A stretch of 46,976 nucleotides of DNA from a virus. Its lineage: Duplodnaviria; Caudoviricetes. Location of the stretch: the IMG/VR virus record IMGVR_UViG_3300048854_000023, positions 1 to 46,976 of that record. The stretch is one strand, 5' to 3'. The position numbers were made by a program, and so were the translations under genes. A model generated the notes under the pieces. The model saw only the letters and a list, made by a program, of their open reading frames with translations, did not search any database and had not been told where the DNA came from. The stretch's first letter is position 1. The number at the start of each line of letters is the position of its first letter. Shown here piece after piece: positions 34,601 through 44,996 of the stretch.

Positions 34601-34651
34601 CCAAGGGGGTCGGTCTGCTCAATCGCTCGCTAAAGTACGTCCTTTTCTACC

Positions 34652-37216
34652 CTAGCTAAGCGTCACTGGCAAGCGGTCTTGATACAAGCTGACCTTAACG
34701 CCGTCGCCTGGGTCAAACTCAGCCTGAACATATAGCCAGCCCGCCCCAACGGCGGCGCCTAGAGGGATCGTCACGACTAGGCTCGAATGGTCCGCCGTGT
34801 CCGCCGTCGCTCCGCAATCCCATGCTACGGCGGCGCTGTCGATCAGCTTTACGCGGTAGACGATGTGCTTGCCCGCCAGGACTTCGCCGGCCTGCGAGGC
34901 TTCCGTTTGGGTCGGGAAATCTCCGTATGGCGTGAAGCTCAGGGCATAAGTGCGAGCGCGGACAGCCCAAGAGATTGTAGGCGTATCCCCGAGCGTCAAA
35001 GCCGTTGGCGCCGACGTGCCGCGAGCCGCGTTGATCTTTGTGTTGTGTGGACGCAATGGACGATAGGCCCTGTCTGTCGCTTCCTCAGAAAAAGCAAATG
35101 CAGCGCCAAGTCCGCTTTCAGTTAGCACGTTTTTCGGCGCGGCAACGCTTGTTGCGAGAAAGTCAATTGTATCGCCGAACGTAAACCCGCGATCACTCGT
35201 CATAACCAGTTTACCAAAAGACGAAATTATCACGTCAGCGTTAGCGGCGTGACTTTGCGCAACAGTATCAGCGATAGCACGACGAACGCCGGTAAAAGTT
35301 GCCGTTCTTAATCCTTCGTTATAAACTATAGAACTACTCACGTCCCCGTGTTTGATGATAAATATTTCATCATCAATTAAGATATGAGCATATCCGCCGA
35401 TATTAAAATTATTGATTGCCGTTTGTATTCCGAGATTGTTCAAGCTGATATTATGAACAACTATCTGTTCAACATCACTCGAATTATCCCAATTGTCGTA
35501 TTTATCAATTGCCGTCGTTAGCTTCGCGAACGCCGGATAATTGAAATCGCTAAGATTGGCGTTATTCGTGTATACTCTAACGTCAGTGTCGGTCGGCACA
35601 TCGTGATAACGCAACCGCATTGCTATTTGCGAATTGTTATAAGCTTCCGCAAAAAACATCATCTGAGAGTATTGACCTAGCCAATTATAATCCCAAACAC
35701 CACTATAATTAAAAACAGCCTTTTTAACAAAGGCCCAAGGCGCATTAATGGTAACAACGTCAAGCGGCGTATGCGGGTTAGGATCAACCGGCACAAAGAA
35801 ACTGTTCAACGGCGCCGCGAATAGAACGTTGTTGTTCGGATAGAGAATGACGTTGACAACAAGCGTAACGGAGTTGTCGTCTATTGGCTGAGCGCGGCGC
35901 TTAACGACAATTCCAGGCACGGAATAATAACCGTAGTCCTCACAAGTGATGAGGATAATATCCCCCGGATTGCTCTTCGCCGTCTTTCTGTTCGTCGTTA
36001 AACTGATTTGCTGAACAGGCGAGCCCGAGCTAGCGCCTTCCCGAGCCAGGAGCTTGACAGCAAGAGCCGCTGAACGAACAGCCGGGAAACTCAGTTCCTT
36101 CGATGACTTCGGGATTTTGCCGCTTGTTGCCAAGTTCTTAGCCGCAATCGGAATTTCCGCGTAATTCTGAGCGCGATCAACGTATTTAAGGGTTAGACTT
36201 GTGGGGACAACCGCCCAACCGGTTTTCTGCATACTATCAATCTTGATAATATCCTTGTCGAATACCCGAACAAGATTTTCGCGATCAAAATTCTTATTGT
36301 ATTGAGTGATTTCAATCGTACCTAGTTCATGATCTTCCCACAATGTGGCGTCAAGCTGATCAAGCAAAATTCCGTTCAGGTCATTTGCTGAATTGATTTG
36401 TCGGCTGATCACTGAGCAACCGTTACTCTGAGTGAAAGCGTCTTGTGCGAGCGCGGCGAAACTATCTCCCAATATCGCAGGATCGCGGCCCGCGCCGCCC
36501 CATTTCCGCGTAATGATCTCAGCAATAGCCGAAACCGTGTTGAGATCGTCGCCAATCTTGTTATGCGCCCCGAGTGCCAGGGGATCGGGGTAACGGTCAA
36601 CCTCAAACGAGAGATTGCCTAGCTTCGTTGTATCGAGTGCCTTCAACACGACATAAGCTATCCCGCGATAACCGGAAATAGCTTGAGGGATTTTCGACTG
36701 CAAATAAGTGTCAACGGCTTGATCGAAATTCCCGCCCGCAAACGTTACGTTTTTTAGAATGTCATTGTCTGGCACGACGAAATCAGTACGCGCCGGCCCG
36801 ACTGTTCCTGACCAAACGGATACGTTATCGAGCAAGATCGAACGAAGGCGAACGCCTGGACCCAAGCCGGCGCAAAATTGGATATCGACCGTATAACCTG
36901 TAATCGTCGTCGTGATGGTTGACGTGATCGTATCGACGCCGGTATTTTGATCAGTCGTCGTCGTTTGTTCTGTCTTGACTTCGTAAATAGGCTGAAGATT
37001 GCCATACCAAAGCATATCGGGGCTTTTGATAATGTCGCGGCCCGCAATGAACGGCGCAACTCCGCCCGTCGCGATCTCGGGTAAGCTCAGGTCAGCGGAT
37101 TGACCTTTAACATAATTGGTGACGTATGATTTCTTGTTTTGTTGCGAAGCGTCAGTCGCCGCAGGCTTGTTATAAACAAAAGCCCAAACGTTATTAGGTT
37201 CGGTTGATGTTGACAT
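34652..37216 (-). CDS. Central tail tip / host-specificity protein
   Basis: LWYGNL, YRGIAYVV and RAYRPLRP motifs; last gene of the tail operon. Confidence 0.8.
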   Translation of the reverse strand: MSTSTEPNNVWAFVYNKPAATDASQQNKKSYVTNYVKGQSADLSLPEIATGGVAPFIAGRDIIKSPDMLWYGNLQPIYEVKTEQTTTTDQNTGVDTITSTITTTITGYTVDIQFCAGLGPGVRLRSILLDNVSVWSGTVGPARTDFVVPDNDILKNVTFAGGNFDQAVDTYLQSKIPQAISGYRGIAYVVLKALDTTKLGNLSFEVDRYPDPLALGAHNKIGDDLNTVSAIAEIITRKWGGAGRDPAILGDSFAALAQDAFTQSNGCSVISRQINSANDLNGILLDQLDATLWEDHELGTIEITQYNKNFDRENLVRVFDKDIIKIDSMQKTGWAVVPTSLTLKYVDRAQNYAEIPIAAKNLATSGKIPKSSKELSFPAVRSAALAVKLLAREGASSGSPVQQISLTTNRKTAKSNPGDIILITCEDYGYYSVPGIVVKRRAQPIDDNSVTLVVNVILYPNNNVLFAAPLNSFFVPVDPNPHTPLDVVTINAPWAFVKKAVFNYSGVWDYNWLGQYSQMMFFAEAYNNSQIAMRLRYHDVPTDTDVRVYTNNANLSDFNYPAFAKLTTAIDKYDNWDNSSDVEQIVVHNISLNNLGIQTAINNFNIGGYAHILIDDEIFIIKHGDVSSSIVYNEGLRTATFTGVRRAIADTVAQSHAANADVIISSFGKLVMTSDRGFTFGDTIDFLATSVAAPKNVLTESGLGAAFAFSEEATDRAYRPLRPHNTKINAARGTSAPTALTLGDTPTISWAVRARTYALSFTPYGDFPTQTEASQAGEVLAGKHIVYRVKLIDSAAVAWDCGATADTADHSSLVVTIPLGAAVGAGWLYVQAEFDPGDGVKVSLYQDRLPVTLS

Positions 37217-37218
37217 GA

Positions 37219-38037
37219 TTACACCGGATTGACGTAAGGGTTTGTCGCCGGCAAGAACATGAAGCCGCCGAAATTAATCAGATTATCGAACACGTCAGAG
37301 CATGTTGTGTAAAGATTATCGCATCCGATAATCAAGTTAACGGTATCGCCTAAAACAATGTCAATGAACGGATATCCGACCGTGACGATTTGCCCAACAT
37401 TATCAATGATTACGCGCTCTTCACCGGTTCGAGTGTTGACGAGCTTGCCGATAATCAGTTGATGATTTGTGCGGCCCGTCGAAACGACTTTAAGGACATT
37501 ATCCTTAATATTGGTTATCGTTGATGTAGTGGTAAAATCCGCCGGGTCTTTCTGACACATTTCGTCGTAAACTTCATGATTACATGAAGTCTGATAAAGT
37601 ACCTGATTAAGTTGCCGGCTCAACGCGGCTTGGATTACGGATTGAGTGTTTATCGTCGCCTGAGTATCGGCGACAAGAAAACCAACACTTTGTCCCTGCC
37701 AACTCATTTTCCAATCGGTATCGAAATCCGTCCCGCGATGAACTGATCTGATTTCAACGTCAAGAATAAGCGGCATCTTAAGAAAGTTATAAGTAACGGC
37801 AACCTCAGTCGTAATAGGGATTTTGATATCAATCGTTTGATTGCTATCTAGCAACGATGATGTTTCAATTGCCGTGCGGCTGATATCGGAAAGCGGCTCG
37901 TAAACCTCGCCGTTGACAGTCACTTCCTCATTGTTGTTAGTGTATCGATACGTCTTAAGCTCGCCAATGAGTTTATAACACTCAATCGGCGCACTATCAT
38001 GAACGGACGTATCAGCGGTAGTGAATGGATCACTCAT
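37219..38037 (-). CDS. Tail hub protein (DUF2163/BR0599 family)
   Basis: YQTSCNH.VYD..C and GCD....C...F.N..NFGGF..LP..NP motifs. Confidence 0.88.
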   Translation of the reverse strand: MSDPFTTADTSVHDSAPIECYKLIGELKTYRYTNNNEEVTVNGEVYEPLSDISRTAIETSSLLDSNQTIDIKIPITTEVAVTYNFLKMPLILDVEIRSVHRGTDFDTDWKMSWQGQSVGFLVADTQATINTQSVIQAALSRQLNQVLYQTSCNHEVYDEMCQKDPADFTTTSTITNIKDNVLKVVSTGRTNHQLIIGKLVNTRTGEERVIIDNVGQIVTVGYPFIDIVLGDTVNLIIGCDNLYTTCSDVFDNLINFGGFMFLPATNPYVNPV

Positions 38038-40757
38038 TTGTTTTCCGCCATGATTGGCAAGTCAATTTGCGTTTCAAGCTCGGAATGTGTCAACAGAATG
38101 TTGTCATCGTCAAGGCGAAACAGGTTCATATACGAAATGCGATTAATGACATTATCGCCGGCAACATTTCCGATTGTATCGGCGAGTTTTATTGTAATGT
38201 AATCCGGATCGCCGTTACTGTCATAATGAGGATCGACGTTAATAACGCGCCGATATTTCATTCCGTTAGCGGTATCGATCATAATATAACGATAATTAAG
38301 CTCAAGCCACCAATTAACGAAATTTATGTTGTTGGTTGTGAACGTATCAGCGTTAAGTGCTATATCAGCGCGCAACGGCAAATCATCTCGGAACGTCGGG
38401 AATAGTGCGACATTCTGCCGGCCTTTAACTTCGTCACATACGGCGCGCCAATAGTCGCTATCCGTGCGACGATCATAAATGAATGATACCTTTGACCCGA
38501 CACGCGGGTTAGACCATTCGTTAAGAATATCGGGAACGCTTGTTCCATTATCAAACCAAACGGCGCCGCTCGTAAAGGCTTCAGGAATAGGATCATTGGC
38601 AAGCGGCCTTTGCGTGACGATCAAAATCCCGTCGATCCGCGTCAACGTCGGCGCGGCTCCTGGGCGCTGGAATACGCGGGGCTTTACGCTTTCCATGACG
38701 ATGGAAAAGTTACCGTCAATGGCGTTCATATTCAAACCCACATTTGCAGCGGTTCGAAATTCGAACGACGGGCAAAGTTGCCAGTATGTGGGAATGTTGA
38801 AGATAAGCGGAGCCGCGAGATTAACGCCGTCGCTGTCAACAGTCGAGATTGTCAGATACTCAATGTCGTTTAGCTCGGGGTCGAATACGGCGAATGTTTC
38901 CCCGTCGCGGAGATCGGTAAACGCCGTATTAGCAAAAATCTTCGTATCGCCGATAAGAGCCGGCGCCGTAAGCTCAGTGCTATATTGAAACATCGGGTAA
39001 ATGAAGATAGTGCGGAGATATCGCATTATCATATTGTAAACTGATACGCGGTCTTCCTCATTGAGAATTAACGCGCTCATTTGCAGTTTATATCGCGGGG
39101 TTTCGCGCAAGCGCGAGCGCCATTCGTCGCCGTTCTTTGCCGCGCTGATAACAGTTAACCAGCCCCAACTTTCGAGAAAAGGCATTTCAGGAATGATAGC
39201 CTTCGGAAGCGGAACGGGCTTCGGCGTGTATAGTGTCAAGACAGCCGTTTGCGTGATCCGGTTCGGCTGTTCCTCCTGGTAAAGGATCAACAACGGCGCT
39301 TGCGTGACGCGAGCCGGTTGTTCGCTATGATCAAGCACAAGAACAGGCGTTTGTGTCGTGCGAAGCGGTTGCGATCCGCCGTAAGTAAAGCTTGCCGGCA
39401 AAGTCGGATTGCCATTTGACGGCGTGAATACTTGCACGTCAACGATACCGGCAATATGAGCGGGCGTGTCGCAAGTGATCGTATTATCATCAACGACAAC
39501 GATTGATGTTGCGCTATCGCCGTCGAATTGTACGTCGGTCGCGCCAGTTAACAGCGTGCCGGTAATCGTTACAGGCGTTCCACCGGTAACGATGCCAGCG
39601 ACGGGGAGAATAGAAACTAGCGTTGCGGCGTAATAGGTAAAACCGTTAGTGAGCGTATCATTTCCGGCAGGATTGAAAATCTCAACATCGACGGCGCCAA
39701 GAGCTCCCGCTGGCGTATCACATGTAATTGTGCTGTCATCAACAACGACAATCGAAGTTGCTGAATTGCCGTCAAATTGAACGTCAGTTGTTCCGGTCAG
39801 GAGAAGACCGATTATCGTTACCGATGTTCCGCCCGTCGTCGGGCCTGAAGTCGGCGAAAGCGAAGTGATGCTAGGGTTAGGAGACGGCGGGCCGGTAAAG
39901 GTTCGCGTTTCCGTTATACCCCAGGTTGTCGCATCTGCGCCGACCCAAACGCATTCCCAACTTTCCGCGTCGGCGCTTCGCGAGACAACGAAACGCGTCG
40001 GCGTTTGAATACAGAATGAGTTATCGCGTGAAGTCATTACAACCTCAGCGATATAGCAATCGTTGCCGCTACCGAAATCATAGGCCCAATAATTAGGCCG
40101 AATATCACCATTACTCCAAAGCGTTGTATCGTCGTTATCAACGGCGAGATCGGGAGTTTGACCGCTAGTGCTGTCAGAAGCAAAAGCCGTACCTGAGCCG
40201 GTTAGATCGCTTCCGCCCGTTACGCCGCGCAACTGGACTTCAGCAAATGAATTGTTGCCGCCCGAACTAACGGCGGCGAGGAACGGGCCTAAAGCCCAAT
40301 ATTGAGCGTTAGCGAGCGCCGGAACCGTGAATATCTTTGATGTGCCAATTACCCATCCGCTTGTCGTGACAAGCATTTTTTCGGTATAGTCAGTACCGTT
40401 ATCAGAATACGCTAACCAAAAATAATCCGGCGTGCGAGTTGCATCGTCTTTATTCGGATACATTTCAATTTCGGTAATATCGTAAGCGTTGCCGCTACCG
40501 AAATCAACGTTGATCGTCCAGGGGTCTTTACGGAGAGTAAATGGCAACCATTGCGCAAGTGACGTGCTAGGGCTTCCGCTACCAAGAGAAGCCAGCGAAC
40601 CGGCCTGAAGCGTGTCACTTGACGAGTAAGCCGATGCTCCTGGATAACGATCCGTTCCGCCGCTGTCACGCATCGCAAGCTGAGACAGGCCCATAACAAC
40701 GGCGCCCGCGCCGTCATTAGTTGCAATTGCAATTTGCCAGTAGCGATGCGCGGCCAT
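38034..40757 (-). CDS. Distal-tail-like protein with N-terminal discoidin-like and two IPT/TIG domains
   Basis: AHRYW start, two DFGSGN..I.E repeats, two SP..G...GGT.VTI.G IPT repeats, C-terminal ESWGWLT..RSRLR..PR and FRLDDD motifs. Confidence 0.75.
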   Translation of the reverse strand: MAAHRYWQIAIATNDGAGAVVMGLSQLAMRDSGGTDRYPGASAYSSSDTLQAGSLASLGSGSPSTSLAQWLPFTLRKDPWTINVDFGSGNAYDITEIEMYPNKDDATRTPDYFWLAYSDNGTDYTEKMLVTTSGWVIGTSKIFTVPALANAQYWALGPFLAAVSSGGNNSFAEVQLRGVTGGSDLTGSGTAFASDSTSGQTPDLAVDNDDTTLWSNGDIRPNYWAYDFGSGNDCYIAEVVMTSRDNSFCIQTPTRFVVSRSADAESWECVWVGADATTWGITETRTFTGPPSPNPSITSLSPTSGPTTGGTSVTIIGLLLTGTTDVQFDGNSATSIVVVDDSTITCDTPAGALGAVDVEIFNPAGNDTLTNGFTYYAATLVSILPVAGIVTGGTPVTITGTLLTGATDVQFDGDSATSIVVVDDNTITCDTPAHIAGIVDVQVFTPSNGNPTLPASFTYGGSQPLRTTQTPVLVLDHSEQPARVTQAPLLILYQEEQPNRITQTAVLTLYTPKPVPLPKAIIPEMPFLESWGWLTVISAAKNGDEWRSRLRETPRYKLQMSALILNEEDRVSVYNMIMRYLRTIFIYPMFQYSTELTAPALIGDTKIFANTAFTDLRDGETFAVFDPELNDIEYLTISTVDSDGVNLAAPLIFNIPTYWQLCPSFEFRTAANVGLNMNAIDGNFSIVMESVKPRVFQRPGAAPTLTRIDGILIVTQRPLANDPIPEAFTSGAVWFDNGTSVPDILNEWSNPRVGSKVSFIYDRRTDSDYWRAVCDEVKGRQNVALFPTFRDDLPLRADIALNADTFTTNNINFVNWWLELNYRYIMIDTANGMKYRRVINVDPHYDSNGDPDYITIKLADTIGNVAGDNVINRISYMNLFRLDDDNILLTHSELETQIDLPIMAENK
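39378..39872 (-). repeat. Tandem duplicated IPT/TIG domain coding repeats
   Basis: TDVQFDG(N/D)SATSIVVVDD(S/N)TITCDTPA occurs twice. Confidence 0.85.
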
Positions 40758-41806
40758 TACAGCGACTTCTCAACCCGCAATAGAGCCGCTTCAAGATGCG
40801 CCTTAGTCCAGGGCGCCGAAGTGTGGGGATCGTATTCGAATGAGTTTCGATAATACGAATAGCTTGGCGTCAACGGCACGTCAGAACCCGGCAAATCATC
40901 GCCTGAGCTAATCAGCGAGATAAGCACGTTGCCGATACCAGCGGCGTCTAGGCGCGCCCTGACAGGCACAAATACGCCGGCAATTGCCACGACTTCAGGC
41001 GGTAATGTGTCAAGTTCGAAATCGGATTTATTGCTGACAACCGCGCTAGTAATATAACTCGTATCGTCATCGGGCGGATTATCGTTGATTGCACTGAAGC
41101 CGGCGCCACTGCCCACAACCGTAAAATCGGCTTGCGCGGTATCCGCAGTCGGGAAGATCGTCAAAATTCGCTGAGCGCCCATAAACGAATTGTTATAAGT
41201 GCCGGTATCATCCCAAGCGAAAATATCATCCCAAAAGATATCACCACTGCCGGCGAATAACATCAAAGCGCAAGACGCGGCTTGAACCGCGCCCAGGTTA
41301 AGCGATCCAATCTGAAGCTTGGTAACGCCGTTAACTCGGCACTCGACAAAGCCGGCAACTGTATCGAAAGTTGCTTTCGTCTCGATATGATTGAAAGTAC
41401 CAGCGGTAAGAATGCTGTCACTGATATCAATAACAGTGCCGCTGAAATCGCCCTTACGCGCGCAAATCGAACCATCCGATTGCAAGCAAATACTAAGCAA
41501 AGCTGTATTACCGGTATCGCGGAATTGAAAGCCCGTCAATTGCGAACCTAGCGGCAAGTTTGGCATGTAGACGCCAAGCCCGAGCCCGCAAGTTGACGAT
41601 TGCGCGCCGATTGGAAAGCGCGCTTCCGTCACTTGCCCCGTAATATTGGGCTTGTGCATTTGCATCGAATAATCGCCGGTACGAGCGAGCGAATTCGTTA
41701 GCACGCATGAGCCGCCAGCCGGCACGCTAACGCCCGACCAAAGGCCATTAGTTATGAAACTAATATCCCCGCCGTAGTGGTCGAAACTATCCGCGAAACG
41801 AAGCAT
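40757..41806 (-). CDS. Virion tail protein (LamG/lectin-like fold likely)
   Basis: DSFDHYG start, HIE.K, CRVNG and WDDIF motifs; follows the tape measure gene. Confidence 0.65.
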   Translation of the reverse strand: MLRFADSFDHYGGDISFITNGLWSGVSVPAGGSCVLTNSLARTGDYSMQMHKPNITGQVTEARFPIGAQSSTCGLGLGVYMPNLPLGSQLTGFQFRDTGNTALLSICLQSDGSICARKGDFSGTVIDISDSILTAGTFNHIETKATFDTVAGFVECRVNGVTKLQIGSLNLGAVQAASCALMLFAGSGDIFWDDIFAWDDTGTYNNSFMGAQRILTIFPTADTAQADFTVVGSGAGFSAINDNPPDDDTSYITSAVVSNKSDFELDTLPPEVVAIAGVFVPVRARLDAAGIGNVLISLISSGDDLPGSDVPLTPSYSYYRNSFEYDPHTSAPWTKAHLEAALLRVEKSL

Positions 41807-43719
41807 TAGACGATCCCCAAAAGTGCCTTGATCTCAGATGCATTACCTTTGATCACATTAACAATTGTTTTGTTGCCGGCGTTTGTGTCGATTGCCTGCA
41901 AAGCGTCAGTTGGCGCGGTGTAGTTCTTGATTGTGATCCCGCCCGCGCCCTGGACTTGCGAAACTGTCTCGCCGACATAGTGACTGCTTTTAGGTTGACC
42001 GTCACCATTGACGCGCCCGCTTCCGATGCTGTCTTGTATGGCTTGGCTCAAATTGCCGCCGCGCTTGCCGGTGTATATCGGCCCGCCGCTCCCGCTCGCG
42101 CTTCCCCCAGGAATGAACCCTAGCCCTTGATCGATCGAATTGCGCCCGCTGTAGGACTGAGCGAGCGATTGGGCGGCTTGTGTCGCTGCTATGGTTGCTT
42201 CGCGGCTCGCGGAGCTTATGGCGGCGCCTATGGTGCTTGCGGCGGTGTTTCCCCCCGCGACGATAGCCGATTGCATGGAAGAGCCCGCAGTAATGCCCGC
42301 AGTGGGAATTGACGCCTCTACCGCGCCCGTAATCTGGTTATACGTGTAATCGGCGCCAGTTTGGATCGCGCCTAAGAGTTTTTGTGGAACGCCGTTCAAA
42401 CTTTCGTAAACGGCTTTTGAATACTCTTCAGTTCCGGCTTTCAAAATTTGAGCCGCCGCTTGTCCGCCTGCTACCATCCCGTTAGTAAGTGATTTAGAAG
42501 CGTTGGCGCCGCCCGAATTCATTCCACCTGTAACAAGTGCGGCAACTTTCTGTCCAGAAGCGACGATATCTGCCGCCGCTTGCTTGGCGTCTAACACAAT
42601 CTTAACGTCAGCCTTTAACTGTTCAGTGCTAGCACCCAAAGCGCTATCGATGGCGTATTTCAAGGCGCCGTAAAGTTGAATAACCGTTTGCAATGCTTTC
42701 TGCCAATCGACAAGATAGGCGATTACAAGCACGACGGCGGCGAGGAACGCCGTAAACGGATTAGCCAGCAAAGCCAAGGTCAGTCGTCCTAGCGTCAAGA
42801 TCATATTTCCGAGCGCGGCATTTGCGGCCAAAGTTGCAGTAACAAGATAGCCGCCGATGATCTCAACAGCGAGCAAAGTAAGGCCGGCAATCAACGGCGA
42901 CAAAATCGCCAAGATTGTGCCGAGATTAGTTGCAACGAAATTAATCGCAATAGACACGCCATTAAATGCGCCAGTTGCGGTGTTAATCTTCAACACAAGT
43001 TCAATCAATTTCGTGTTAAAATTCGTCAGTGATTGACCAATAGTCAAATTAAAGCTTTGCGCCAACGCAATATTTGCATCGCTACCTTTAACCAACGCCG
43101 CGAAAAACTCTTTTGTCGTGACGCTACTAGCTTTGACAGCCTGAGTAAGCGCGGCAACCGACCCGCCGAAACGATCCGAGCCCCGAGCGACGGCTTGCAA
43201 GAGTGGGTACGCCCCATCAATGAGCGAATTGTACTCCTGAGCCTGGACGTTCACGCCGCCGAACAACTGCGACAATTGGATAAGTGATCCGCGCTGAGCT
43301 TCGGCGTTAGACGTTGAAAGCTTCATTGAAGCGGCAACGCCAGTTAGAGCCTTATCAACGTCCTTACCTGAAGCTCCCAATTGCCCCTGAACGGCAGTCA
43401 GCTTTTGAAAGATGCCGGCAAGTTCATTAACGGATTGGCCGTTTGCCGTAGCGAGATCAAAAAGCTTTTGTTGTTCATCAACGAGCCCTTGCCCTGAGAG
43501 ACCGGCTTGCCGAAGAGTATTCGTCAACCGCGTACCGGCGTCGGCTAGCTCTCCAACCTTTTGCGCTGCCTGAAGACCGATGTACGCGGCAAGCGCGCTC
43601 TTGAGGCTGTCAACTGCCGTAGCGGATGAATTAGCAGCCGGTCCGATATCAGCAATATCTTTCTTGACCGACACGGCGCCGGTTTGGGAAACGACAATTG
43701 TAATCCGTTCAGTTGCCAT
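41806..43719 (-). CDS. Tail tape measure protein
   Basis: IQLSQ.F......QEYNS tape-measure domain, Ala-rich, with a hydrophobic central region. Confidence 0.88.
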   Translation of the reverse strand: MATERITIVVSQTGAVSVKKDIADIGPAANSSATAVDSLKSALAAYIGLQAAQKVGELADAGTRLTNTLRQAGLSGQGLVDEQQKLFDLATANGQSVNELAGIFQKLTAVQGQLGASGKDVDKALTGVAASMKLSTSNAEAQRGSLIQLSQLFGGVNVQAQEYNSLIDGAYPLLQAVARGSDRFGGSVAALTQAVKASSVTTKEFFAALVKGSDANIALAQSFNLTIGQSLTNFNTKLIELVLKINTATGAFNGVSIAINFVATNLGTILAILSPLIAGLTLLAVEIIGGYLVTATLAANAALGNMILTLGRLTLALLANPFTAFLAAVVLVIAYLVDWQKALQTVIQLYGALKYAIDSALGASTEQLKADVKIVLDAKQAAADIVASGQKVAALVTGGMNSGGANASKSLTNGMVAGGQAAAQILKAGTEEYSKAVYESLNGVPQKLLGAIQTGADYTYNQITGAVEASIPTAGITAGSSMQSAIVAGGNTAASTIGAAISSASREATIAATQAAQSLAQSYSGRNSIDQGLGFIPGGSASGSGGPIYTGKRGGNLSQAIQDSIGSGRVNGDGQPKSSHYVGETVSQVQGAGGITIKNYTAPTDALQAIDTNAGNKTIVNVIKGNASEIKALLGIV

Positions 43720-44198
43720 TATTTAGCTAGTTTCTCAATATTGGTGAAACGAAATAACGTAACAACTGACGCCGTACCGCTCTGAATTCCCGCCTCAATA
43801 AACCCGGCTGGCGCTTGCTTCGAATGCCCTTGGTTGAGGACTTCAATATATGGCGAATTGTTGGTGATGTATATAGGCTGATCATCCTTCCGACCCTTCA
43901 GAAGACTAGCCGCTTGCCACACAACGCCAGCTTGATTTTGGGTCTCGCTGATCGATCCACCTTGCCCGCCGCGCCAGCGACTTTCGTAGGGCGAAAAAGC
44001 GGCGCGAAGTCCTGTCGCTATATTGCCTAGGGTCAGTTGCCAGTTAGAGCGCGCCGTACCCACATCAACGGGCGTTCCCTTGGCTACGGCGGCAAGAACA
44101 GCGAGCGCGATATTATGTTGATATTCGGCGGCGTCGTCGCTCAATGCCTGAGCGTACTTCGGCATGATGTTTCCAAGATAGCGTAAGTCTTTAGCCAT
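43719..44198 (-). CDS. Tail completion protein (HK97 gp10-like)
   Basis: TPVDVGTARSNW, NNSPYI..LN.GHSKQAPAGF motifs. Confidence 0.85.
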   Translation of the reverse strand: MAKDLRYLGNIMPKYAQALSDDAAEYQHNIALAVLAAVAKGTPVDVGTARSNWQLTLGNIATGLRAAFSPYESRWRGGQGGSISETQNQAGVVWQAASLLKGRKDDQPIYITNNSPYIEVLNQGHSKQAPAGFIEAGIQSGTASVVTLFRFTNIEKLAK

Positions 44199-44544
44199 TT
44201 GGCGGCTTATCCTGGGCGTTCTTTATCTCAAGAAAGATTTCACCGCGAAACCATTGGTCAACTTGCGTAACGACGCTTATCAGGCGTTCAAGTTGCTCTT
44301 CGTTTAAGTCCAAATCTCGGCCATAATCTAAGATAACCGTGTAAGGAATTGGACCTAGTTCGTAAGCGCGGCAAGTACCTAAGTACATAAACGCGTGATA
44401 GAAAAACAGGTTTCCGTCTTCAAGCTCGGGAGCTTCCGCGATTGCTTTAGGATACGGTTTGCCCGACTTCAGACAAGCGCGGATTATCCCGACTTCATGC
44501 GGCCCTTGCTTCCGCTCATATGCAAGAACCGCTATTAGTTTCCC
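44191..44544 (-). CDS. Tail assembly chaperone frameshift extension (gpT-like)
   Basis: The -1 frame is open from GGGAAAC through LIAVLAYERKQ...APELEDGNLFFYHAFMYLGTCR...GPIPY to the stop at 44191. Confidence 0.75.
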   Translation of the reverse strand, partial: GKLIAVLAYERKQGPHEVGIIRACLKSGKPYPKAIAEAPELEDGNLFFYHAFMYLGTCRAYELGPIPYTVILDYGRDLDLNEEQLERLISVVTQVDQWFRGEIFLEIKNAQDKPPNG

Positions 44545-44978
44545 GCCGCGTCATCAATCAGGGATTGCCGGTAGAATTGTAGGCCCTTAGCGACTTCCTG
44601 TATCTCCTGAAACAGGTCGGGGAGCGCGTGAAGAGTGCGTTTGACGTTTTCAGCGTTGAACGGGAGCAATTCGCCGCCGTCCGGATTTTCAATGCCGGAA
44701 ACCCAAACTGGTTCGTCTTCCGTGCCGGTGTTCGTTTCCCATGCCGTGATGATCGTTTCCGCGTAAGCGGTTTCCAGGATCACAAGCGCCCGAGCATTGC
44801 CAAGCAAGTCCTGAGCAATCGCGCGTTGATGCTGCTTAGAAATCCTTTCCATATGGGAATTGAATTTCTGGTTACTTCCGCCCTGACGAGCAACGCGAAC
44901 GCGGCAATGGCCGAAGTCGCGCCAAACGCCTTCCTTTTCCAGCTTGGGGGAAGTTTGGAAACTGTTATAAAGACCCAT
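44535..44978 (-). CDS. Tail assembly chaperone (gpG-like)
   Basis: EKEGVW, RVARQGGSN and LPDLF motifs; ends in slippery G GGA AAC TAA. Confidence 0.85.
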   Translation of the reverse strand: MGLYNSFQTSPKLEKEGVWRDFGHCRVRVARQGGSNQKFNSHMERISKQHQRAIAQDLLGNARALVILETAYAETIITAWETNTGTEDEPVWVSGIENPDGGELLPFNAENVKRTLHALPDLFQEIQEVAKGLQFYRQSLIDDAAGN

Positions 44979-44996
44979 AGCGGGGGTAACTCCTAT

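Noticed and set aside
34601-34651. Third copy of the 3'-UTR RNA motif (AAAGGA...GAGC after the tail-tip stop)
   Set aside because: Only short fragments match and the closing TTCG/CGAA stem is absent
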